A stretch of DNA of 64,000 nt from Raillietiella orientalis. Lineage: Eukaryota. This document shows, piece after piece, positions 35,501-47,500 of this stretch. The stretch is taken from positions 3,472,001-3,536,000 of the forward strand of contig JAYWIR010000009.1 in assembly GCA_036172245.1 (NCBI GenBank), in the 5' to 3' direction. Both the position numbers and the translations under genes were made by a program. Below the pieces are notes generated by a model. It searched no databases and was not told the origin of the DNA. It saw nothing but the letters and a program-made list of their open reading frames with translations. Every line of letters starts with the position of its first letter. Positions within the stretch are counted from its first letter, which is position 1.

Positions 35501-38500
35501 GGGTGGCCTCCCGTCGGTTGCCTCTCCCTGAAGCTTGGACGTGGTGCAGGAGCTCGTGGTACGGCTACAGAGGACAACGGCGGAAAGGCAAGCGTTCGCG
35601 TTTCCTAGGTGACGCACCCCATACCTGGACACTGCGGATGACGGCACGGTTTTCGCCGCGTTTCTCTCCTTCCCTCCCCTCTTCTGACCTGCCAGCCCCG
35701 CCTTCCGATGGGAGTTTCCCTCTTTCTCCGCCGGAAGACTGTGGCGCTGCCAGAGCCGCCTCCAGGCGGGAGCCCGTCCCGAGCTTCTACTGAGGAGGGT
35801 GCTGGGTCGAGCGTTGCGACTCTCCCTTCGAGAAGGGGCTCTCCCGCCCGGACACGCGCAAGGAGAGGTCCCGGCTGCTTTTCCCTTCCGCTGCCGTCTC
35901 GTCCTCAGAGGAACTTGGCGGCAGCGGCGCCCCATTTTCCCGACATAAATCTTCCCCCCTGCTCCCCTTCATTTTTCCCCGAATCCCGGAAGCGCAGCCT
36001 AAGGACGACTTGCTCCCTGTTCGTCTTCGTTCGAACCCACCTCTCCACCCCTTTTTTCTTAATGGGGGTAGGGGGATAGAGGGCCTTTCTCTTCGCTTCA
36101 GATGCGCGCTCTTGAGGGACGCAGAGTCCGCGCTTTTCCGCCCCGGTCCCACCCCGCCGCGGGGTCGCACATCACCTGCCCCTTCAGACGGGATAGGGAA
36201 TTCCAGAAGGACACGGGATTCACCTCCCCATCCCCATCCACCCACCTGCACCTACGTCGCTCGTTCCTCCGCGTCGCCATGTAGCCAGGAGGGAAAAAAA
36301 GAGCGCGCCAGCAAAGCGGTCCGCTGGAAGCACCGCCTGAACTGCGCTGGGTCTCCGGAGGCAACTCCCTCTGGTTCCCTGGCTACAAAAGCAGCGGCCG
36401 AAGGACAGACTGCCGTCAGGAGTCCTGGACCGATCGCCCTGGACGTGGCTCCCTCTCAGCGAGAGCTCACTAGAAGCGCGGTCGCTTCTTTCCGGGGATG
36501 CTGCTCTTCTCTTCTTCATAGGAGCACTCCCCACCGTCCGTGAAGACGTTCTTTTTTTTTTTTTTTTTCAAAAGGATAGTAGCGACCCCACAAGGAGATC
36601 GCCACTATTTGGCCTAGGACGATGGAAAATCCTTGGGTTCTTCTTTTTTCTTCTGTCTTCGCTGTTTTCCTTCCAGCTTTTCTTTTTTTTTGGTTCGCTA
36701 AGTACGAGCCGGTCGCGTGCCTCGCGGCGCACGTGGCTCTTTTTAAACATTAACACACTGTTTTTTGTTTCCACGCCTGTCCGCCCGCGGCAACCCGCAG
36801 GGGAGCTTGTAATTCTTCAGGATAGGGGGCACTCCGGGATGGGGTCCGTCCTATGAATCCAGGAAGGGCTCAGGAGTCCGTTCCTCTCACGCTTGGGGAG
36901 GGATCCTCCCCCCGGACGGGGGGACCGCACCTCCCACCCTGGTTGTCTCCGAAGGGGAACCCCGAAGGGAATCTCCTTCCTCATTCTCTCCGGAGGGACA
37001 CCCCCCGTAATGGGGGGTGGTCCTCTCCATTTCAACTTCTCCGAAGGGAACCCGGGAAAGGATCCGCTTGTGGGAATTTCTTCTCCGGAGGTAACCCGCA
37101 AGGGAACCGCTCCTGTTCACTCCTCTGAAGAGAACCCCGAAGGGACGCTTCCGAAACTCAAGCAGGGGCGCTGCAGCTTCCCGCTTGCTTCCTTGTGCAC
37201 TCTCCGCGAAGAGGCGACGACTCGGAGGGACCCCCCAACAAGGGGGTCCGCTCTCCGTTGCACACCGGAAGGGGAACTCCCCACTCCTTTTTATTCCTGG
37301 GAGGACCCAAAGGTCGACTCCCATTGTTCCGGCCTTCATCGGGAGGCCGCCGGCTTTATCCACCGCCGGGGTCACGCCCGAATGTATCGGCCAACCAGCG
37401 CCATATTGCAGGAGAAACTCGGAAACCAAACGACGCAACAGCGGTAAGTTTGGCGACGCAACAGCGTTAGCCGAAGTATTCGAACCCGCGACGCGTGGTG
37501 CCACGCACGGAAGCCTTAACCACAAAGTCTCCGACGCGGGCAAGACTTTCTTTGTTGGTTGAGGCTCACCACAGATCCCTGATGCCCCGTGGGTCGCTGG
37601 ACCTTTGAGTCGCTGCGCAGGCTGTCCGCCCCACCTTCCAGCTATGCCGAGCCGCCGGGAGTCCCGAGGTCCTGTACGCTGGAGGCTGCCCCGCGGTGAT
37701 TCGGCGGTTCCTCCCCGATTCTAGCCACCCTGAGTCACTCTCAGGGACTCTTCTTCCACCTTCTTGCGCCCGCCGACGAGCTCTTGATCCTTACGGGGAG
37801 CCAACTTGGCACCCTGGGAGGCGAAATTTGGGTTCCTTGGAAGTGAAGGCTGACCCAGGGGGAAGCCAGCAGCTGGCAGATACAAAACAAGACTGGGGAT
37901 GGGCTGTGATCTGCTTCGATCTGCAGCGCTAATCCCCGGAATCCGCGGTGCTGATGCGCTGATCCCTGGAATCCGCAGCTCTGATCCGTGGCACGGCTCG
38001 AGATGAGACCGAATGATTTGCAGGTGGTTCCGAGTTTTGAAGTGTTCTGGTCGTTGTGAACGGTGGCGTTCGCTGCCTGTAAGGAGGAATCATCTGCTTG
38101 AAGCGATGGCGGTAGAAATTTCGCCTAAACCAACCAAGAATGGGTCAAAGGAGGCGCTTCGGCTTCAGCTGGCACTCGAAAGCGCCTCCTGACTAGTCAC
38201 GAAGCATGCCAGAAGAGCGCTGGACCTTCGTGGGCACGCCCAATGATCTTCTCAGAATTTCGATGGAGGTCGACCTTCCAACGTCGCGGAGATCGGAGGA
38301 TCCACACCAGCTGCTCGCACCGGAAGACGCACGGCCCGCATCCGCGCCTGAGGGGACGCACTGGGAGCGCGATTCTCTCTGCGTCTGGAAAAACGGTCCG
38401 TGGGTTCTGGATGGGGTCGGGCGCAGATCGCCCTCTCGCGCGGATGAGAATCCATCCTGGATTTCCCCGCGTCTGCTCTCCCGCGATATCTTCGAACCCG

Positions 38501-41500
38501 AGTTCCTCCTTCCCTGATCCCCGGCTTCGGGAAGGAAAGGGATTTAGGGAAGGGTGGGTGGGTGGAAGATGGCACTTGTTGCCGGGCGTTGCGGATGGAG
38601 ACCTCCCGCTCCGTAGCCTTCGCAAGGCATCCGGAGCAGCCGAACGCGGAATCGCTCTCCAGTTGAGTAAGTCCCCTCCCCTTCACACCATTAATTTCTC
38701 TTTCCTCTCTCTCCCCCGTGGCTCCCCTTTTGGGAGCCTCGTCCATCTTATGGACGCAATGCTCAAAGAGCCCGAGCGTTCCTCGTGATTTGATTGTGAG
38801 CTGAAACTGCCGAAAAGGGACCAGCAGGACTCAGCCAATGCTCTACGAGGGAAGGCAGGAAGAGGGTTCGGATCGTGTCTCAAGATGCGACTCGATCACT
38901 GGAAGCTCCTTGACCTGCTGCTCATCAGAACTCCATGGGCCCTAGGGAACTGGCGGCTTCGAGAATTCCGGGTGAGCGGGTGACCATCAGCCACTCCCTG
39001 CCTCCCATTCAGGAAACTTGGCTCCTCTTCCTTCTCTTCCCTTCCCCTCTTTCTTCTCGCTTCCGCCTACCCTACTCTCCCCTCCCCCACCTTTCCTCTT
39101 ATTCCTTCCTTCCTCCTCTTCTCCCCTTCCTCTTCTTCCTCATTTCCTCCCCCCCCTCCTCTTCTTCCTCCTCCCTTCCTCTTCTCTTTCTTCTCCTTCT
39201 CTCCTTCTTATTCCCCTCTTCTCTTCTTTCCTTCTCTTCCCCCCTTCCTCTTTATTTCCTCCCCTTCCTCCTCGCTCCCTCCTCCCTCTCCCTTCCTCTC
39301 CCTTTAATCACTCTGTTGACCCGCATTCGATGCACGCCCTTCAGTTCTCTAAATGCACTCTTCTCTACTCCTGGCTCCCTTAGGGGACTCCTGAGCGCAC
39401 CCGCGAGAGATTGTCCCTCAGGAAGAGCTGCAGCATCCCGTCGTGGACCACCTCACCCTCTAACTGGCAAGGAACCCGTGACTACTGTTTTCTCCGTCCG
39501 TTTTCTGACCCGGACCTCGGATTATGAGTAGCGGGGGCACCCGCCAAGGTCAGAGAGCACACGCGGAGGATGCGTACGCATCCGGGAGCGCCCGCAGGAC
39601 TCCGTAGGAGAGCTTCGTCGCGATGTCCGCGGCCTCTGCCCGAAAGGGCCACGTTCTCTCTCCAGTCGACGGAGGTGCGCGACTGCTACGCGGTCTTTCC
39701 ATGGAGCATCCGGGTTCTCCGGGATACGCTCCGAGTCTTGGAATGGTGCGAGTCCCTTGGAGGAGGAAGAGGTAAAGGAGAGTAGTGCTGAGTGCGCCGT
39801 AAATGCGGTCTCCTCCATTCGCTCGTCCAAACTCCATCTGGAGGGAACTCGCTCGGACTGCGTGGGCGGCGAAGGGCTGCAGTCGCTTCGGCACGAGTGG
39901 AGAGGGCAGAGTGCAGGGACAGAACCCACAGGAAGAGGTGGAGGGATGGACTGCTTCCGTCTGATTATCGGATGCAGGGAGTGCGGACCGATGGTGACCT
40001 GCAGTGCCGGCGACGTCCCAAGCGGTGGCTGCACCCGCGACCGCAAGTCAGCTGTGCGCGCGCGCACCTGGTCTTGCGCATTGTTCCCCTTCTCCCTTCC
40101 CCACCTTCCCTTCCCTACTCGAAGGGCTTACTTTGGACGTTGAGTACTCTGTACAGACCCATCTTCGGGTTCGTGTTGACCTGGCACTCGTAGGTCCCGG
40201 AATCCTCGACGGAGGCGGACTTGATCCTGAGCATCCAGTCGTCCGTCGCCTCCGCGTGGACGGCCGAGATCCTCTTGTCCTTGGTGTACGTCATCACACC
40301 GTTCGAAAGGATGTGCAGGTCCCTCCTGCGGATCCAGGAAACCTGGGTGCACCAAAAAGTTTCGCTCGCCTTCCTGGGGCGGCACCGCGAGAGCGCGCCC
40401 CCCTCCCCGAGTGTCGCGAAGGCCACCGGCGTCTTTGAGGCCGACCGGAGACGTCTCTCCCGCCGCCAAGGTACTCGTCTCGGGCCGCGAAGCCCAGCGT
40501 TCTCCCGGTAGCAGCCATCTGCTCCTCCCCGCCTGCCTCGGGTCCCCAGCAGTCCGTCCGCGAGGTTCCTCTTGCCAACGCGCCGCTAAGGACCCGCCGG
40601 AGGGCATCCAAGAAGAGCCAGAGGAATCTTCACGAATTCGGCTGGGCGTCGGCCCCCGTGCCGCGCCCCACCCGGAAGGTCGCTGCCGACTTGTCCACGT
40701 TCGCGCTCGCTCGCTCGCCAGCTGCTTTACCGTTTCCAGCGGGGACGCCGATCCACCAGCTCCCGTTCGGGCGGCTCTACCACCCCGAGGTGCAAAAAAG
40801 TCCGCGCTGGCGGTGGAGCAGGTGTAACCAGGAGCAACTCGCTGCCTTGAGAACAGACCCGTTCGGAGTTTTCTTCCTCCCGGGTCAGTTCTCGAAGCGA
40901 CTGAGCTTAGGAAGTGGCACAGGAAGAGGGGCAGGACGTGGGATAAGGATGGGGCAGGAGGTGGAGAAGAAGACGGGTTAGAAGATGTGACCAGGATTCG
41001 AACCCGCGACGGCTCGGTAACACGCGGGTTCGAATCCCATATGGGAAAGCGGCGACGCCGAGAACGGGGGGTGCATCATTGTGGGTCTTTCGAGTTCCAA
41101 TGCGGAATGGCTCTGGTCAGCCTCTTCGGGTGAGGTACTGGTGGACACCGGATACCCCTATTGATTGGCCCCTGGGATTCGAATTCAACCCTCAGGGTCA
41201 TTCCAGGAATCCGGGTTTGGAGTTCCCCTCCGGTTGTGGAAAGGGAGCTGTCCTGTCTCTGGGGACCCTCTATCGCGCACCATGGAGCTTGCTGATATCC
41301 CCCTCAGGAGGTTGCCTCTCCAGATTCTCAGAAGTGCCCTTCAAAGGGATTGGGAAGCATTCCTTCAGAGTTCTCTTCAGAGAACTCACAGGGAGTCTTT
41401 GGGACTCTTTGGAGGGACCCCCTGGAAAAGGGATTCCTCCAAAGAGAAGGTTTCTTTTGAGGTTCGCCTCCCAAAAGTCAAAGGAACAGGTCAATCCCTT

Positions 41501-44500
41501 CCCTTCTAGGTTTTCCTGGATTCATAGAGTGGCCCTCTGGGGTCAAACTCCGACTTTAAGAGCTGCACGAACCCTTGGGTGACATGGACAGCAGGAAAAA
41601 AAGGAATCTTCACGAACGGAGGGGAGGCTAGAGGGGAGAGAGCCTGCGGAAGCAGGGTTGTCACGAGTCGCGGCCGCGAAAGCCGAAGCGGTCAGAGAGC
41701 GGGCCCCTCCCTCCCCTTATGCCTGCCTGGACGCCCGGAGGTGACCAGGAATTTGACCCCTCTCTGGTCAGGATGGTCTGTACGCGCGGACCACGGTTCC
41801 CTTCCCGGAACCGAGACGTCGATCGCTCATCATCGACGGGCACTCCAGCTCCAGTTTTCATTAAACTATCGCAGTGCCATTAATCATTCATCCATTAAGC
41901 GCTGCTCTCAGAGCTAATGGTGTCGTAGTGGAGGCTCCCTGCCGGATGGGTTGCTTCCGTGAGACGGGATTCCTCCCTCCTCCTATCTGCTAATGAATCC
42001 GGGAAGGGAATCGCGCCAAAAGTTTCCCGACGGAACGACTTTAATTAAACGTCCGGTTTTCGAGGTGCCTCCAGCCGTGCAAGAACCGCGGTCGCAGGCG
42101 CCCCCCGTCTGCCGAGCTCACCTTCCTCTAATGCAAGTGCTCGAGGCACTACCAGGTCACCGATTCAGGACCGATGACCGGCGGAGCTCTCCCGGAGGAA
42201 AACGGCTGCCAGCTGGCGAGACACCTTCCCTCCCCCTCCCGCGGGGCTGAAGCGAAGAGCTCCCTCCCTCCCCCCCCATCTTTCGCGCAGGTCTGCCTTC
42301 CTCCCCCTCACTCCCCCTCATGAGAGCGTCGGCAGCAGTCTTTCGGGATATCGCGTTCGATCGAATGGGAGGAGGCAGACAGAACCGGAGACGCCCCTGG
42401 TAACGACAGTTGAGCAGCGCTCCCCTCTGGGAACGGAGACGTTCGTAGCCCCGCACTGCCCAGCCGATCCCGAACGACCCCCTGGAGAGGTGACGAAACT
42501 CTGGAAGGGCAGGTCGCTCCCCGTTAGCGGCGATTCGGGAGAACCAAGGGGTGAGGGATGTCCGGGAGGGAGCAGCTTGCTGCTCTGGGAGGCGCGTCGC
42601 CAGACTCGGCCTCTGGACACTCATGTCACCACGGGAGGTCCACCAACAATGGAGGAAGGTCCGGTTCTAAGCGGGGCGAAAGTGGGTCCAGCGGGGCGCC
42701 CAAAACCACGTCCGGCACGCTCGGGGGTGAAGGAGCTTCTCAGCTCCCCCAGGGATTGCGTCACATGGAAGCTGTCAGGAGAGTCGCCGCGGGATGAGGC
42801 AGGGGCGTCTCTTGAGCCAGGGTTTACCTGGACCACTGCCGACGGCGCTCCGCCGGCACTGCGAGCGCGCAGCGCCCAAAGCACCGTGCAGCCTGCGCTC
42901 TTCCAGGAGCAGCTTGTCGTCCAGGAGTGCCGGTGCAAAGAGGAGATAAGACGGGAAGGGCAGAGGGGGGGACTCAGAAACGAACGTGTCAACTCTGCCG
43001 ACATCGACCTGCGCACCCGAGGAAGACTAGGAGCAGGAGGTGGTGGAGCAGGAGAGAAGACCAGGAGCAACTCGCTGTCTTGGAAACCGATCCGTTGGGA
43101 GTTTCCTTCCTCCCGGATCAATTAGCGGAGTGACCGGGATCTGTGTGTCCGGTTCGAAACCTGGCCACCCAGATTCGCCCAGGTTCGCTCCAGGCCGATG
43201 GTCCGATTTCCGCAGACGCTCACGGGAATCCCAACACACATCCCGGAATCGCATGATCCTGCATCCTCATTCCGCAAGGAACCCAAGAAGCCATGCGGTA
43301 GGAATCAGCCGGAAAGCCCCCCTTCCAGAGCTCCCCCCAAACCACAGAACGTCACCGGATTCCTGCGAAGCCGGTGGCGCTCCCTCGTCTCCCTGTTGGG
43401 GTTCGTAGGAACTCCAACGGAGGGACGAGGTTCCTCCGGGACCAACAACCCGTCTCCCAGAGATTCCCATTTTCCACCGCGTCTTTCCACAGGGAGCTTC
43501 AAATGCTCATCGTCAGCTGCGCATCCTCCTTCTGCTTCTCGTGAGACGACGGATGGTGCAGACGAGGCCGTCCACGCCCAAGTGTCCTCCTCCGCGCAGA
43601 CAGACCTCGGAAGCAGCGAATCACCTTGGTAGGCATAGTGCCGCGGCCTCAGGTGTCACATGGGAGGTACCGTGCGCTCGGGGATGCAACTAGGAGCTGC
43701 TCGCTTCCAGCTGCGTCCCAGAGGGTTTTCAAATCTGCTTCCCTGCTCGTTCAGTCGGATGTCCCGGGGCTACTGAGAGTCAGTGAGCTGGTGCTCAGCA
43801 GCAGTCCTTACACATCCTCCATCGGGGCAGCGGAAGGGTCCAGGGGTGCGCGCGCGACGCGAGACCCTTGCGCAGGATGACGTTAGTTGGGTGACGAAGT
43901 CAGAACGCGACGGGTTCGCTCGCTGCGCGCGCTATGAGTAGGAAATCTCCATCGACGTGAGGGACACGAAGAGGACTCCTGTCGAGGAAGAGAATGGGAA
44001 AGAAGGTGAAATCCGGTCAAGAGACTGAAGGGCTGCCCCTTCAGACTGTTCTCAACCCGGACGCACTCCGAGCGGTTGCCCTATGATTCTACTCCGGAGA
44101 CCATTCCGGAGGAACGAGGGTGTGCCGCGAGAGAGGAGCACCGAATTTGGGGAACACGAAACCTCTCCCATTCCATTCCTTCCGTTCCACGGGGTCCTGC
44201 CGGCTCTCCCTCCATGGCAAGTCCACCCTCCCTGCCACTACCTGCGAGGAGGGGCGCCGCCTCCCTCGGAATGCCTCGCCTCCGGTTCGCATCTGGAGCG
44301 CGCTGGGCGAGAAGCCGCAGAGCAGTTCAGGGTAGCACACTCTTCCAGGAGGCGCGGGTTCTCCTGCCTTCCTTGATCCTCCGTGCCGAAGGCGCCTCCA
44401 CTTTCGGATGCTGTGGTGGTTCCTATCTTCCTCCCTGCGAGCTGCAGACCTGCACGGCCAGCGAGAGATTCCTCCACCTCCCTCGGCCTTCCGCGCGTCC

Positions 44501-47500
44501 TTGCGGCTGGCTTCCCGGAACGAAGGCTCGTCTGGGAGATGCCGACGTTCCGGGACTGTTTCGGGAATTAAGGCGGCATCTGCAGATTTCCGAATCTTCC
44601 GGGATCGGCGGGGCGGGCGAAGCGATCTCCATGATCCACACCGGCCCAGCCTTCAGCAAGGGTCGGATCCTCTCCTCCCGCGCCGTTCTTTCTCTGAGGG
44701 AATAATGACTATCCCCGCCATCGGCATGCTGCTGATAGGGTTCATCCTTCCTCAGCATGGTGCGTCGGCTCTGGAACAGATCCGGGAGCCCGTCCGGGAA
44801 CAGCAGCAGCCGCCACGACGCGCCAGCTGGTAAGCTGCTGGGAGTATCTTCGACGGCATAGCTCGTCTTCCGCGCGCACACTGTACTTCCGCCGTCTCCA
44901 GATGGAGCTCTTAGTCCACTCCCATCTCTCTCTTTTCCTCTCATCTGCATTTGCGGGGGGGAGAAGGATCCATGAGACGGACCGCCGCTGCTTCCGAATC
45001 ACGCGGAGGAATTTTATTGCTTCCCATTGCTCCCCCCTCCCCCCTTCTCCCCTCCTCAGATCGATCCAGCCGCTTCCTACTTTCCTAGGGAGATCCTACT
45101 CAGGGAAACACCGTCGTACCCCTCCAAACCCTCCAGGTGGTCCCATCTGGGGGAGGAGGCCTCTCTCCTTCAGGGTCTCTGCGTGGAGGAAGGCCGTCCC
45201 TGCCATCCCGTTCCCGTTTCCTACCGACCCGCCTCCGGGATCCAGCAGCCCGGTCTGCCCAGACGGAGGTTCCCGTCCAGAAGGCGCCGGACGTGTGCCG
45301 GACCGACACGGAAGCTCGCCGGGAGCTCAACCAGCTGAGAAGGGGAATCGACAACCCAACAGGGGGCGCGATGAGTGGCGTGGGTTGGCTGGGGTGGACC
45401 GAGCTCGCTGCGGTGGGTGTGGTTTCTCCCAGGGGTTCGGAATGCCTTCGCGGAGGAACCCAGGACGAGCAGCCTGGGAGCAAGACGGAAGGCGGGCGGC
45501 CCAAACTGATCTCCTTCGCCAGGACCAAGGATCTTCGGTTTTTCTCCCGGCCATAACGCGGTGGGCAAAATCGATCCCCCGAGCGCGGCGGTCGTCTGAC
45601 CCCTCACTCCCCTCCCCTCCAATTTTCTCCCTCGCGCTCGGAAGAGGAGCCTCCTCCCGGTGCCTCGTTGTCTTCAGGCAGGCTCGTACAGCCGGATCGT
45701 CAAACCGTACCGTACTCAGAAGCTTTGGATCGGTGGGAGCCCCACGCTTCCTAGCAGGCGTCCCACCTGTTGCCACAATCTCCACGGATCCCTCCGGACT
45801 CTCGGGAGCTTTTGTTTGCCCCCCGTCCTCCGAAGGACGTTGGGTTCGGGATTCCCTGTGGAGATGCGCGAAGGGCTGGTCGCGGCGCTGGGAAAGTCTC
45901 GCAGAAGGAGAAGGGGACGCCATGCGCATTCTCGAACTTTCCTCCGTCTTCTCGAACTCTCGCAAAAGGGACTTCAGAACCAGGCCCCAGCGGACGACTG
46001 GAGGGATAAGACCATCCGCCCAAGGAACAAGGAAGGGAAGGACCATGCTCGAGGAGAGGGCCGTCGAGTCAGTGTACCGCACCCGAAGCAAAGGCGGAGG
46101 AGGAGGAGGAAGAAGAGAAGAGGAAGAGGAGAAAGGGAGAAGCAGGGGGAGGAAAGGAGGAGGAGAAAGCCGTCAGCCTTCCTCGCTTTTCCTGGTGTTC
46201 GGCTGCGGCATGGTGTATTAGAAGTCAGCACGCATCCAGGCAACCGCGAGAACAAACATGTCCCTCTCTGCAGGTGAAACGGAGCAGTCGTTCTGCTGCG
46301 AAGATCGAACTGTGCTATGGGGCTCGGCCGGCCGTTACCGGGTGACGCGCGTCCCAGAACCGCTTCAGGAAGGGGAGATTCCGGGTCTCGAAGGCGCACA
46401 GCTTCCGCAGCGGCGCACACGTCTGTGCTGAGAGACGGTTTCAGCAGGGAGACGGAGCTCAACTCTGCGGAAAGAGAGGGGAGGCGAATTTTCGAAAGGG
46501 GAAGCGGAAGGATCCCATTTCCCTCCCTACTCACTCCCGTTTGCTTTCTTTTCTTTTTTTCTCTTTTTCCTCATCTTTCTGATTTTTTTTCTTCTCTCCC
46601 TCTCCGCGAAACCTCGAGAGCGGAGAAAATCAGGATCCTCGCACAGCTCCTGGCACTATTTTTCGTTCCCGGAAGGGAGCTCTCGCGCGCAGCAGCAGCA
46701 GACGCGGTCGCTCCCTGCTCACTGTACTCCCGTGTCCTGCGCGAGCGGTCGAGCACGTGCAAGCCGAGGTCGATGAACGCGACCCCAAATCCCTTCATCC
46801 CCGCTAGCAGTTTCGTCCGCGGAGGAGCCGACTTGGCGACCGGGAGAAATCCGCCACGCCCCTTCTCCCTTTCGCAGCAGAACCCAAGGACGGGCTGCCT
46901 GCCTTCCCATCCTACGGGAAGAATCCTCTCCCCACCCTCGTTTGCCCCTTCCGAGCTCTGTGCTGCCGGCGGAGCACCGCTCTCGAGAAAGTTCCGTGCG
47001 TTAGCCGGCGTCCACGCACGCTTGCGCCTCCGGACACTTCCGGGCAACTGCGAGAGGGCTGGGGCACACCTCTTGAGGGTCCGGCGTTCGACTCGGCTCC
47101 CGTCCGCGCCGCATCCCTTCGTCAGGAGGAGAAACGATGAGGACCGCGAAACGATGTCCGTGACGGTCGTCCAAGGACCGGTCGTTTCATGCAGGTAGGA
47201 CCGCGGGCTCTCCTAGCGCTTCCAATCCTCAGCCTTCCTCCAGGCATTAGGTTCCCCCCCTCCTCTCACTCCAGAGCGAAGGTCTCCTCGCCCGGGCTGA
47301 AGTGTTGCTCGAATCCAAGGCGGTCTTCAACTGAAGCCTCGACCATGTCGGTCTGTCGCTGCTGGCGCGACCATGAGGTGACCCCTCCGCCGCTCAGTGG
47401 CACCCTCAGCCTGCTGAGGCGAATCACAAGCCGAAGCCTTCTTCCTCCCTCCCGAAGAAGCACCAGCGGAAGGAGGTCGAAGGAAGAGGCCCCTGTGCTT

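Noticed and set aside
37465..37541. Functional tRNA gene
   Set aside because: The acceptor stem and 7-nt anticodon loop cannot be formed properly, and the sequence is fused to a multicopy body, so it is treated as a SINE head.
41505..41550. SINE tail translating as LGFPGFIEW, like LINE RT domain 3-4
   Set aside because: Too short and not maintained in the other copies.
44902..46221. Longest ORF in the window (439 aa) and similar Arg/Pro/Ser/Gly-rich ORFs
   Set aside because: No domain signature or coherent splice structure. Such ORFs are expected in high-GC DNA.
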